This document shows, one piece after another, positions 1 to 9,211 of a DNA stretch of 48,778 nt. The notes under the pieces are model-generated. The model ran no database searches. It was given only the letters and a program-made list of their open reading frames with translations, and was not told the origin of the DNA. The first letter of the stretch is position 1; each line of letters starts with the position of its first letter. The stretch spans positions 1 through 48,778 of the forward strand of contig CAZHFK010000001.1 of the NCBI GenBank assembly GCA_964531215.1. The letters are read 5' to 3'. A program made the position numbers and the translations under genes. The stretch is from an uncultured Gammaproteobacteria bacterium (GTDB lineage Bacteria > Patescibacteriota > Patescibacteriia > CAIXNZ01).

Positions 1-2
1 GT

Positions 3-1112
3 GGCGGAGCCGGTTCGCCGACAGCAGGTTCTTCTTTGGCAGGAGGTGACGGCGGTCATTTAGCCGGCAGTAGAATTCCAGGCGGAACTAATGGAGGTGG
101 CCGCGGCGGCGGTGGCGATAGTAGCATCTACCGTTCTGGCGGCGGTGGTGCTGGAGCTGGTTATTACGGCGGTGGTGGCGGCGGAGCTGGTAATGCCGGT
201 AATACTTCTGGAGCCGGTGGCGGTGGCGGTTCTGGTTATGGTGATACTACGACAAGTGGAAGCGGCACAACACCCGGTAATAATACTGATAGTGATTATA
301 TTTCAGGTGCCGGTGTCGGTGTCGGTGGTACCGGAGGGGCTACCGGAACGGCTGGTGCGTCCGGGGGAGATGGGTTGGTAGTAATTATTCTTCCGCCAAT
401 TTTACAAAGTTTTACTTCAACAACTTCTGACGGTACTTATGGGCCAGGATCAAATATAAATATTACAGCTACTTATGATTTAAATTTGGGTGGTACAAGT
501 ACTTTGACAGTTGTTCTGAGTAATGGTGAATCAGTCACTTTAAGTACAGTATCCGGGGAAACCGTTTCAGGTACTTATTCAGTGGGCTCTACCGGCAGTG
601 GGGAAGATGCTACTGATCTTACCGTATCTTCTATCTCTTCGGAAACTGTTACAAGTACGGCAGGGGGAACTCAGTCGTCTTCGACTGTACCGGCTTCGCC
701 TAATAATATAGCTGATACTAGTGATATTAATATTGATACAACTGCGCCGGCCGTCAGTTCGGTTGAGATTCAATCACTTACTACTGTTGATGTAACTTTT
801 GATGAATCTATGGGTAGCGGTGTTACTACAGCTTCTAATTATACAATTTCTGGGTCAGGCCAAGGTACTTTAGCTGATAATCCAAATAATATTGCTCTTG
901 TATCTGGTAATATTTACAGATTAACTTGGAGTTCCGGTTCTTTGATAAACGGTGCAAGTATTGATATTACCGTTGCTAACGTTCAGGATGCCGCAGGAAA
1001 CATAATTGGCACTTCAAATTCAAGTAAGTATAGAATTAGAGGTGTTTTTGATGATGGTAATAAGGTTAATGGTTTTGAGGGTGGCGTAAGGAGACAGTAT
1101 CATTTTCATTAA
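3..1112 (+). CDS. Surface protein, 5'-truncated by the window edge: Gly-rich low-complexity part followed by an Ig-like (SbsA/Big-type) domain
   Basis: Frame 3 is open from nt 3, so the gene starts upstream of the window and the TTG at 36 is not the start. It has GGGGAGAGYYGGGG runs, then TAPAVSSVEIQS..VDVTFDE..NYTISG, which is typical of bacterial Ig-like surface domains. TAA at 1110-1112. Confidence 0.6.
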   Translation, partial: GGAGSPTAGSSLAGGDGGHLAGSRIPGGTNGGGRGGGGDSSIYRSGGGGAGAGYYGGGGGGAGNAGNTSGAGGGGGSGYGDTTTSGSGTTPGNNTDSDYISGAGVGVGGTGGATGTAGASGGDGLVVIILPPILQSFTSTTSDGTYGPGSNINITATYDLNLGGTSTLTVVLSNGESVTLSTVSGETVSGTYSVGSTGSGEDATDLTVSSISSETVTSTAGGTQSSSTVPASPNNIADTSDINIDTTAPAVSSVEIQSLTTVDVTFDESMGSGVTTASNYTISGSGQGTLADNPNNIALVSGNIYRLTWSSGSLINGASIDITVANVQDAAGNIIGTSNSSKYRIRGVFDDGNKVNGFEGGVRRQYHFH

Positions 1113-1239
1113 AATAATTAGATTTGAAACGATTGCAATTATTTGATATAATGTTGGTTATATGATTATATCTTTAAATATAAATAATTTTAATTTGCTA
1201 ATTTAGTTAAATAAATATTAATAAATTAAAGTTTAAATT

Positions 1240-1929
1240 ATGAAAATTTTTAAGCGTAAAGATAAAAAAAATAAAAAATCTTGGGGGAAGATTATTAAAA
1301 TTATAATTATTGTTTTGGTGATTGTGGTGGCCGGTTATTTGATTCTTTGGCAAACAGGTGTTTTGGAAACTTTAAAAATAGCCCGGCAAATCCAAAAACA
1401 ACAACAACTTTCAACTGAAGACCAGGAAGTTTTAAAAGAATTAAAGCAAATTATTCTTTTGCCTGAAGAACCCAAACCAACCATGGCTGTGATTACCGAT
1501 GTTCAAGCGTTAAAGGAAAATCAGCCTGATTTTTTTGCTGACGCTGAAAATAACCATCGTTTGATTATTTATCCGACTATGGCGATTGTTTATGACGCTC
1601 AAGCCAATAAAATAATTAAAGTCGGACCGGTTAATTTTAATCAGGCCGCATTGGGCGAAGTTAATGTAGCTTTGTATAACGGTTCTGGTAATGAGGATCG
1701 TTTAGCTGAATTTGAAGAGAAATTAAATAATACATTTGATAAGGCTGAAATAACTGTCAGAGAAGAGGCTGTTAATACTTATGATAATACTTTGGTTGTT
1801 GATTTAACCGGTAAAAATCAAAATATCCAGGCAGTTGCCGATTCTTTAGGTGCTCAAGTTTCCGAATTACCGGAGGGAGAGACAGCACCGGAAGGCGCTG
1901 CGATTTTGGTGATAATCGGCCGGCAATAA
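1240..1929 (+). CDS. Membrane-anchored LytR_C domain protein
   Basis: N-terminal Lys-rich segment plus one TM helix. The C-terminus VNVALYNGSGNEDRLAEFEEKL...TLVVDLTGKN...AAILVIIG matches the LytR cell-envelope C-terminal domain pattern. Confidence 0.6.
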   Translation: MKIFKRKDKKNKKSWGKIIKIIIIVLVIVVAGYLILWQTGVLETLKIARQIQKQQQLSTEDQEVLKELKQIILLPEEPKPTMAVITDVQALKENQPDFFADAENNHRLIIYPTMAIVYDAQANKIIKVGPVNFNQAALGEVNVALYNGSGNEDRLAEFEEKLNNTFDKAEITVREEAVNTYDNTLVVDLTGKNQNIQAVADSLGAQVSELPEGETAPEGAAILVIIGRQ

Positions 1930-1967
1930 TAGGATTTTTTATCTCATTTGACAATTAATTTAAAAAA

Positions 1968-3140
1968 ATGATTAAACAAAAGAAAAATATAATTTTAATT
2001 TTATTGTTTTTATTAGTAACTCCTTTGTCCGTTTTAGCTGTAAACGATGTTACTTTTAATGGGACAGTTGATTTTCAACTGTATACCATTGATACGCCAG
2101 CAACTTTGGCAACTATTTATGCTCAGCCCGGTAGTGTTGTTACTTCTTTGGATGTTCAGTCAAATTATATTGATATTTTATTAGATGCCAGTTCTGATAT
2201 AAGTTTTAATGCAGCTGCCGATTTTTACTTTAATTTGCCTAATCCGGTACCAGCTGGCGTAACTGTTACGCCGGGTTGTGTTCAGGATCAAATAAGGTTA
2301 CAATCTACTGTTAATACTACGGTACGTTTAGAAGTTACTTCTACAAGACCGATTTGTCCGGGTGGAGGCGGAGGAACATATATTATTCCTAAAAATTATT
2401 CGTTTTCAATCAATAATGACGCTGATTGTACTGAAACTGAAAGTGTGATTTTGAATTTACAGGCTGAAAATGCTGAAGATGTTTTAATTAGTAATAATGA
2501 ACATTTCGTTAATGCCCAATGGCAAGAATTTACGAGTCCCGGTGAAATTAATTGGCAATTAGAATCAGGCGCCGGATTGAAAACAGTTTATGTGCTTTAT
2601 CGAAGTTCTACCAATACTTTTTCTAATAAATTAAGCGATTCAATAGAATTAAAATACTCGGGTTGTGATCAGGTAGTTGATGAACCAGAAGAAGAACCAG
2701 GTGCTGGGGATGGATTAGATTTGGAAGAAGGCGATTTAATTAAAGGTTCATTGTCAGCTGTTTATTATTATGGTGATGATGGTAAGCGGCATGCTTTTCC
2801 CGACGTCGGCACTTATGACAGTTATTATAATGGTGATTTTTCTATGGTCCAAAGAATTACGGATCAGCAATTGAGTACGATACAATTAGGTTCGAATATG
2901 ACATATAATCCGGGAATTAGAATGCTTAAAATTCAATCGATGCCCAAAGTTTATTTCGTTACACCAGGTGCGGTTTTACGGTGGGTGACATCCGAAGAAA
3001 TAGCTGAAGAATTATACGGTGAAAATTGGTCAGATTATGTTAATGACCTTAATGTTGCTTTTTGGCCTGATTATATTATTGGCCAACCAATTTATTCAGT
3101 TACTGATTTACCGGCGGATCTTTTACCGGATAATATTTAA
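1968..3140 (+). CDS. Secreted hypothetical protein with a C-terminal module shared with the 1194-aa surface protein
   Basis: Signal peptide MIKQKKNIILILLFLLVTPLSVLA. The last ~120 aa (GDLIKGSLSAVYYYG...) align with residues 35-154 of ORF 42544-46128. Confidence 0.7.
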   Translation: MIKQKKNIILILLFLLVTPLSVLAVNDVTFNGTVDFQLYTIDTPATLATIYAQPGSVVTSLDVQSNYIDILLDASSDISFNAAADFYFNLPNPVPAGVTVTPGCVQDQIRLQSTVNTTVRLEVTSTRPICPGGGGGTYIIPKNYSFSINNDADCTETESVILNLQAENAEDVLISNNEHFVNAQWQEFTSPGEINWQLESGAGLKTVYVLYRSSTNTFSNKLSDSIELKYSGCDQVVDEPEEEPGAGDGLDLEEGDLIKGSLSAVYYYGDDGKRHAFPDVGTYDSYYNGDFSMVQRITDQQLSTIQLGSNMTYNPGIRMLKIQSMPKVYFVTPGAVLRWVTSEEIAEELYGENWSDYVNDLNVAFWPDYIIGQPIYSVTDLPADLLPDNI

Positions 3141-3210
3141 AATCAATTTTAATTAATACAATTAGAGTAAAAATTTTATATTTTTGTTTAATAATTAATT
3201 TTTAAAGTTT

Positions 3211-3891
3211 ATGTTTTTAAAATCAGTCGGACAAACAATTTTGGATTCGTTGGCTATTTTATGGGTAAAATTAGTCGATTATTTGCCCAATTTAGTTGCC
3301 GCAGTAATTATTTTAATTATTGGTATTTTTATTGCCAAAGCAATTGCTAAATTAATTAAAACAGTTGTTGAAGCGTTACGACTTGACCCGTTAATTCGCA
3401 AGATTAATATTATTCAGAAAATTGAAGATACCGGGACAAAAGTTGTTTTATCTGAAATTTTAGCTTGGTTGATTAAATGGTTTTTGTATGTCGTACTTTT
3501 AATCGCTATTTCTGAAATTTTAAAATTAGGCCAGTTTACGGTCTTTTTAAAGGAAATTGCCTTATATTTACCAAACGTGATTATTGCCGTTTTGATTTTG
3601 GTAGTCGGTCTTGTCTTGGGTGATTTTGTTGATAAATTGATTGTTAGTGTTTTAAAAAGCACCAGGGCAAAATTGGCACCCTTAATGGGCACTATTGCTA
3701 AATGGTCAATTTTTATTTTTGCTTTATTGGCTGCTTTATTGCAATTAGGCGTAGCAGTTACTTTAATTCAGACTTTATTTACAGCCATAGTTGTAACAAT
3801 TGCTTTGGCAGCCGGTTTGGCTTTTGGTTTAGGCGGTCGCGATGCAGCTCGGGAAACTATTGAAAAATTCAAAGAAAATATTAAAGAGTAA
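3211..3891 (+). CDS. Membrane protein with conserved TM-helix repeats (MscS-N-terminal-like)
   Basis: Repeated LPNxxxAxxILxxG motifs within four or more TM segments. A terminator follows. Confidence 0.5.
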   Translation: MFLKSVGQTILDSLAILWVKLVDYLPNLVAAVIILIIGIFIAKAIAKLIKTVVEALRLDPLIRKINIIQKIEDTGTKVVLSEILAWLIKWFLYVVLLIAISEILKLGQFTVFLKEIALYLPNVIIAVLILVVGLVLGDFVDKLIVSVLKSTRAKLAPLMGTIAKWSIFIFALLAALLQLGVAVTLIQTLFTAIVVTIALAAGLAFGLGGRDAARETIEKFKENIKE

Positions 3892-3916
3892 AATTATTTT
3901 TTTACTATAAAATAAA

Positions 3917-3944
3917 AGAGGCTTGGGAAACCAAGTCTCTTTTG
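3917..3944 (+). terminator. Rho-independent terminator
   Basis: Hairpin AGAGGCTTGG-GAAA-CCAAGTCTCT followed by TTTT. Confidence 0.6.
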
Positions 3945-4020
3945 GTATAATTAAAGTAAACACGAAATACGAAGTTCTAAATTTGAAGTAAATTTTAAAT
4001 ATTAAATAATAAATTATAAA

Positions 4021-4380
4021 ATGGAGGAAGTTAAAAAATATGACATGGAAGAACGGACTTTAAATTTTGCAATTAAGGTTCGTAATTATTGTAAAAATTT
4101 GTATAAAAATCAATCTAATTATGAGTATAGTAAACAGTTAATTAGATCATCAGGATCAATTGGCGCTAATTATATTGAAGCCAATGAATCTCTTGGTAAA
4201 AAAGATTTTTTGATGAGGATACGAATTAGTCGTAAAGAAGCCAAAGAAAGTATATATTGGTTAAAATTAACAGAATCTGATGAGTTAAAGGAAAAAGATC
4301 TTTTAATTAATGAAGCTACTGAATTAATGAAAATTTTGGCAACTATTTTACGTAAGTCAGAAAGAGGCAATAGTTTATGA
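4021..4380 (+). CDS. Four-helix-bundle protein (23S rRNA intervening-sequence protein family)
   Basis: Diagnostic pattern RSSGSIGANYIEAN....F..R..ISRKEAKESIYWL. Confidence 0.85.
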   Translation: MEEVKKYDMEERTLNFAIKVRNYCKNLYKNQSNYEYSKQLIRSSGSIGANYIEANESLGKKDFLMRIRISRKEAKESIYWLKLTESDELKEKDLLINEATELMKILATILRKSERGNSL

Positions 4381-4437
4381 TTTATAATTTATTAATTAGT
4401 TTCGAATTTCGATATTCGATATTATTATTTTAACATT

Positions 4438-6807
4438 ATGAAAAAATACATTTTAAAATTTTCCGAACTGAGCATGAAAGATGTGCCAATGGTTGGCGGT
4501 AAAAACGCTTCTTTGGGTGAGATGTATAACAAATTAGTTAAAAAAGGTATTAATATACCGCATGGTTTTGCTGTGACTGCCGAAGGTTTCAAGGCTTTTT
4601 TGCAGTTTAATGAAATTGATCAAGAAATAAGCAAACTTTTAAAAAGTATTGATTATGATAAATTAGAAGATTTAAAAGATAAAGGCCGGCAAATTCGTCA
4701 ATTAGTTTTAAAGTCTGAGTTTCCTAAAGATTTGGAAAAAGTTATTATTGAGGCGTATAAAAATTTAAGTCAAGAATATGATAAAGATAATTTGGATGTG
4801 GCAATTCGTTCTTCAGCCACAGCCGAGGATTTGCCGATCGCTTCTTTTGCCGGCCAATTGGAATCTTTTTTAAATGTTAAGCGGCAACAGCCTCTTTTAG
4901 CCGGTATAAAAAAATGTTTTGCTTCTTTATATGGTAATCGGACAATTTCTTATGTGCACGATCAGGGTTTTAAATATGATAATATTTTTCTTTCTGTCGG
5001 TATTCAAAAAATGGTGCGCAGTGATAAGGCTTCAGCCGGAGTAAGTTTTACGGTTGATACTGAAACAGGTTTTAAAGATATTGTTTTAATTAATTCAGCT
5101 TATGGTTTAGGTGAAAATGTTGTTAAAGGCCGAATTAATCCTGATCAGTTTTATATTTTCAAACCGACTTTAGGCAAAGATTTTAAAGCTATTATTAGCA
5201 AAGAACTTGGCAGTAAAGAAAAAAAATTAGTTTATAAAAATAAAGGAAAGGAAACAACTGCCAATATAAAAGTTGAACTAAAAAAACAAAATAAATTTTC
5301 TTTAACTGATAAGGAAATTTTAAAATTAGCCAAATGGTCGGTTAAGATAGAGACATTATACGATAAACCAATGGATATTGAGTGGGCGAAGGATGGACTG
5401 GATAATAAACTTTATATTGTTCAAGCCCGCCCCGAAACTGTATCTCATAAAAAAGATACCAATATTTTGGAAGAATATATTTTACAGCAAAAGGGTAAAG
5501 TTTTATGCCAGGGCAATAGTATTGGTGAAAAAATCGGCCAGGGTAAAGTCAAGGTAATTAAAGATGTGAAAAATATTACTGATTTTAAAAAAGGGGATGT
5601 TTTGGTAACTACAATGACCGATCCTGATTGGGAGCCTGTCATGAAAAAAGCGGCAGCTATAGTGACTGATTTGGGCGGCCGAACTTCACATGCGGCTATT
5701 GTTTCACGGGAATTAGGTGTCCCGGCTGTTGTTGGCACTAAAGATGCCACGCAAGTTTTAAAAGATAAAAATAAAGTGACTGTTTCCTGTGCTGAAGGTG
5801 AAAAAGGTTATATTTATCAAGGTATTTTGGATTTTAAAGTTAAAAAAACAAATTTAAAAAAGCTCCCGGAAATAAAAACTAAAATAATGATGATTTTGGC
5901 AGAGCCTAATTTGGCTTTTAAACATTCTTTTTTACCCAGTCAGGGCGTTGGTTTGGCCAGAATAGAATTTATTATTGCCAATAATATTAAGGTTCATCCC
6001 TTGGCTCTGCTTAATTTTAAGAAGTTGGATGATAAAAAGATAAAAGATAAAATAAATAAATTAACTTTAGCTTTTGATAATAAAAAACAATATTATATTG
6101 ATAAACTGGCTTGGGGGATGGCTAAAATTGCCGCGGCTTTTTATCCTCAGGAAGTAATAGTCAGATTTTCTGATTTCAAAACCAATGAATACGGTAATTT
6201 AATCGGCGGTGAATCATTTGAACCCCAGGAAGCCAACCCAATGATTGGCTGGCGCGGTGCTTCTCGGTATTATGATGACAAATTTAAACCGGCTTTTGAA
6301 TTGGAATGTCAGGCAGTTAAAAAAGTCAGGCAGGAAATGGGTTTGAAAAATCTTAAAGTTATGGTCCCGTTTTGCCGGACAATTGAAGAAGGTAAAAAAG
6401 TTCTTGAAATTTTAAAAGCAAACGGGTTAAAATCAGGCCAGGATGATTTGCAGATTTATGTGATGATAGAAATTCCATCCAATGTGCTTTTGGCTGACGA
6501 GTTTGCTCAAATTTTTGACGGGTTTTCCATTGGTTCCAATGATTTAACCCAATTAACTTTAGGCTTGGATCGTGATTCCGAATTGATTTCAGATATAGCC
6601 GATGAGCGAAATGAGGCAGTTAAAAAATTAATCGCTCAGGTGATTAAAACAGCCAAGAAAAATAAAATAAAAATCGGGATTTGCGGTCAGGCGCCCAGTG
6701 ATTTCCCTAATTTTGCCAGATTTTTAATGAAACAGGGGATTGACAGTATTTCTTTAAACCCTGATACGGTTATTAAGACCAGACTTGACTTAGGTAAAAG
6801 TAAATGA
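4438..6807 (+). CDS. ppsA: Phosphoenolpyruvate synthase (pyruvate, water dikinase)
   Basis: 789 aa. N-terminal ATP-grasp region, phospho-His motif GGRTSHAAIVSRELGVPAVVG, and a C-terminal PEP-utilising TIM barrel (GSNDLTQ). Confidence 0.93.
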   Translation: MKKYILKFSELSMKDVPMVGGKNASLGEMYNKLVKKGINIPHGFAVTAEGFKAFLQFNEIDQEISKLLKSIDYDKLEDLKDKGRQIRQLVLKSEFPKDLEKVIIEAYKNLSQEYDKDNLDVAIRSSATAEDLPIASFAGQLESFLNVKRQQPLLAGIKKCFASLYGNRTISYVHDQGFKYDNIFLSVGIQKMVRSDKASAGVSFTVDTETGFKDIVLINSAYGLGENVVKGRINPDQFYIFKPTLGKDFKAIISKELGSKEKKLVYKNKGKETTANIKVELKKQNKFSLTDKEILKLAKWSVKIETLYDKPMDIEWAKDGLDNKLYIVQARPETVSHKKDTNILEEYILQQKGKVLCQGNSIGEKIGQGKVKVIKDVKNITDFKKGDVLVTTMTDPDWEPVMKKAAAIVTDLGGRTSHAAIVSRELGVPAVVGTKDATQVLKDKNKVTVSCAEGEKGYIYQGILDFKVKKTNLKKLPEIKTKIMMILAEPNLAFKHSFLPSQGVGLARIEFIIANNIKVHPLALLNFKKLDDKKIKDKINKLTLAFDNKKQYYIDKLAWGMAKIAAAFYPQEVIVRFSDFKTNEYGNLIGGESFEPQEANPMIGWRGASRYYDDKFKPAFELECQAVKKVRQEMGLKNLKVMVPFCRTIEEGKKVLEILKANGLKSGQDDLQIYVMIEIPSNVLLADEFAQIFDGFSIGSNDLTQLTLGLDRDSELISDIADERNEAVKKLIAQVIKTAKKNKIKIGICGQAPSDFPNFARFLMKQGIDSISLNPDTVIKTRLDLGKSK

Positions 6808-6842
6808 TAGATTAAAATATATCTTTAAAAAAGGAGGGGCCG

Positions 6843-7061
6843 ATGTCATTAGCGGTAGTTCAAGGCGGAAGAAAATTTACTTGTCCGGCAAATGACTGTC
6901 AAAAAGAATTAGAATATAAATTAACAAGCCAGGATTTGGATCGCGGTACTGGTCATATACGCTGCCCTGATTGCGGTTTAACAATTTTTTTTAAAATCCG
7001 AACCAATACTCAATCAGGTCAAGTAGAAATTAAGGGCCCTAAAGTTTTGCTGATTGCCTAA
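6843..7061 (+). CDS. Small zinc-ribbon protein
   Basis: Strong SD AAGGAGGGG 4 nt upstream of the ATG, two Cys pairs (CPANDC, CPDCG), and a terminator downstream. Confidence 0.6.
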   Translation: MSLAVVQGGRKFTCPANDCQKELEYKLTSQDLDRGTGHIRCPDCGLTIFFKIRTNTQSGQVEIKGPKVLLIA

Positions 7062-7080
7062 AAAATACAGATTTTTAATT

Positions 7081-7110
7081 AACCTGCTAGTAAAAAAGCA
7101 GGTTTTTTTA
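7081..7110 (+). terminator. Rho-independent terminator
   Basis: Hairpin AACCTGC-N10-GCAGGTT followed by TTTTT. Confidence 0.7.
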
Positions 7111-7121
7111 ACTAAATCTTA

Positions 7122-7150
7122 TTGACTTTTTTATTAAAATATGCTATAAT
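7122..7150 (+). promoter_or_regulatory. Sigma-70-type promoter
   Basis: TTGACT, 17 nt, TATAAT. Confidence 0.55.
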
Positions 7151-7223
7151 GCAAGTATCAGGAAGTTAAATCAGGCTCTTTTAAGAGCTAGTCTAAGCGA
7201 AAAAGCTAACAAGGAGGAAGCTA

Positions 7224-7484
7224 ATGCGGAAAGCGAATTATGCGGAAATTTGTGGCTGTATAGGTGGATTTTTCCTGATGCTGTCTCTTTTAGGGGCAGC
7301 CAATATATTTGCACCTTGTAAAATCATTCCGTTTTGGTTGCTGATGATTTTCATCAGCCTGACGGTAGTAGGTGGTGTGCTTGAATACGTATTTGAGCGT
7401 GCCGTTAAAAAACCCAAAAAGCTCCCAATCAGGGAGCAAAAACAAATCACCAAAAGAACTGGCCGGGTTTATATAACCTGGTAA
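7224..7484 (+). CDS. Small two-TM membrane protein
   Basis: SD AAGGAGGAAG upstream of the ATG, two hydrophobic helices, a basic tail, and a terminator at 7501. Confidence 0.6.
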   Translation: MRKANYAEICGCIGGFFLMLSLLGAANIFAPCKIIPFWLLMIFISLTVVGGVLEYVFERAVKKPKKLPIREQKQITKRTGRVYITW

Positions 7485-7500
7485 GTTGCAAAAAGATTAA

Positions 7501-7530
7501 GGGTTCACTCCGTGAACCCTTTTTAATTTT
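7501..7530 (+). terminator. Rho-independent terminator
   Basis: Hairpin GGGTTCAC-TCC-GTGAACCC followed by TTTTT. Confidence 0.75.
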
Positions 7531-7554
7531 ATTAAATTTTTGTATAATTTAAAT

Positions 7555-8391
7555 ATGTTTAATTTTTTACATACTTTTCAGCCACAGCCGATTTTATTGG
7601 AAATCGGCTGGCTTAAGATTTATTGGTATGGTTTTTTAATTGCCATGGGTATTGTTTTGGCTTTTTTAGTTATTTTATATTTGGCCAAACAATATAAGCT
7701 TGATAAAGATCATGTTTATAATCTGGCTTTTTATTTGATTATTTTTGGTTTGATTGGTGATCGGTTATATTATGTGATTTATGCCTGGAATTATTATTCC
7801 CAGAATTTATTGGATATTTTTAAAATCTGGCAGGGTGGGTTGGCAATTCATGGCGCTATGATCGCCGGATTACTGGTTTTGTATATTTATGGCAAAAAAC
7901 ATAATCTAAAATTCGGATTTTTGGCTGATTTGTTTGTGATTGGCTTGCCTTTAGCCATGTTTTTTGGCCGATTTGGCAATTATTTTAATATGGAACTTTT
8001 TGGCTTGCCAACTGATTTACCCTGGGGGATTCCGATAATTGAAGCTAAAAGGCCGGTACAGTACTTAACTGCGACTCATTTTCACCCGACTTTTTTATAT
8101 GAGAGTTTGTGGAATTTAATAATTTTTATAATTTTATTCAGCTGGCATAAACTGCGTTTAAATAAATATAAAACCCCTGACAAAATTCAGGGGTTGGGCA
8201 ATATTGCTTTAACTTATTTTATTTTATATTCCGCAGGAAGGTTTTTAAATGAATTTTTGAGATTGGATTACAGCCCTTATTTTCTGGGTTTACGCTGGGC
8301 GCAGTTTATCAGTTTAATAATAATTATTGTTTGTTTAATACTGATTATTGCCAGAAAATATTATAAATCTAAGACTGTTCCTGCTGACTGA
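7555..8391 (+). CDS. lgt: Prolipoprotein diacylglyceryl transferase
   Basis: Lgt pattern (YWYG, GDRLYY, WQGGLAIHGA, GRFGNYFNMELFG). I prefer ATG 7555 to the TTG at 7540, because TGTATAAT at 7541-7548 looks like an extended -10 box. Confidence 0.88.
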   Translation: MFNFLHTFQPQPILLEIGWLKIYWYGFLIAMGIVLAFLVILYLAKQYKLDKDHVYNLAFYLIIFGLIGDRLYYVIYAWNYYSQNLLDIFKIWQGGLAIHGAMIAGLLVLYIYGKKHNLKFGFLADLFVIGLPLAMFFGRFGNYFNMELFGLPTDLPWGIPIIEAKRPVQYLTATHFHPTFLYESLWNLIIFIILFSWHKLRLNKYKTPDKIQGLGNIALTYFILYSAGRFLNEFLRLDYSPYFLGLRWAQFISLIIIIVCLILIIARKYYKSKTVPAD

Positions 8392-9094
8392 TTTTTCTTA
8401 GTTTATATTCGTTATATAAGACGATTAAGTAGGCAAAAGTTAAAATTACCGTAATAGCCAGATTAAAATAATCAAAACTTCTTAATGCCCGGCCGCCATA
8501 AATTGCCAAATAAAGAATGATTGGTAATTCTTTATAAATTTCCGGAGTTTCAACTTGAAATTTATAAAGCCAGGATAAACCGAAATTAATCACTAAGCCA
8601 ATCGCTAACCATTTTAGAAAATCTTGATATTTGATAGCTTCATTGGTAATTGATAAAAAATTAAGAGAAACAAGTAATGAGGCAACAATAATAATAAATG
8701 TTTTATGATAATTTTTAACATTGGCAAAAAGTTTGAGTTTATGGCTGAAAAATAAGGCAGTAATAAAAAGTAAAGGAATAGTGAAAATTGAAAAAAGTGT
8801 ATTTAAAGTAATTGGCAGGTCAAGCCTGTTTAAAGTTAAAGTACGAATTACATGGGTATCAAAAAAGGGCAGATCAAATCTAAAACCCAGATATTCCAGA
8901 ATAAAAGGTAATATAATAAATAAGATGCCGATTGAGATGCCACGCCAAAAACTTAGATAGTAATTTAAACAAATAAAGCTGATTACAAAGCCGATAAAAA
9001 GTGCCAGAAATAATAATAAAGGATCAGTAATAAATAAAGAACCGATTAAAAACAAAATGTAAAAAATAAACAATATAATGGTAAAGTTTTTCAT
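8369..9094 (-). CDS. Polytopic membrane protein, unknown function
   Basis: 241-aa ORF made almost entirely of TM helices, convergent with lgt. Confidence 0.5.
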   Translation of the reverse strand: MKNFTIILFIFYILFLIGSLFITDPLLLFLALFIGFVISFICLNYYLSFWRGISIGILFIILPFILEYLGFRFDLPFFDTHVIRTLTLNRLDLPITLNTLFSIFTIPLLFITALFFSHKLKLFANVKNYHKTFIIIVASLLVSLNFLSITNEAIKYQDFLKWLAIGLVINFGLSWLYKFQVETPEIYKELPIILYLAIYGGRALRSFDYFNLAITVILTFAYLIVLYNEYKLRKISQQEQS

Positions 9095-9211
9095 AATTTT
9101 AAATTAAAGTTATTATTGATTTAATTATACCATTTATTGGCTTTAATTTTAAGCAAATTCTTTAATATGCTATAATTAAGATAATAAAAATAAAAATTAA
9201 ATTTTCTTATT

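Noticed and set aside
91-773. ORFs 91-381(+) and 579-773(-) inside the Gly-rich surface-protein gene.
   Set aside because: These are alternative-frame products of GGN-rich repeats. The frame-3 ORF is much longer and has recognisable domain content.
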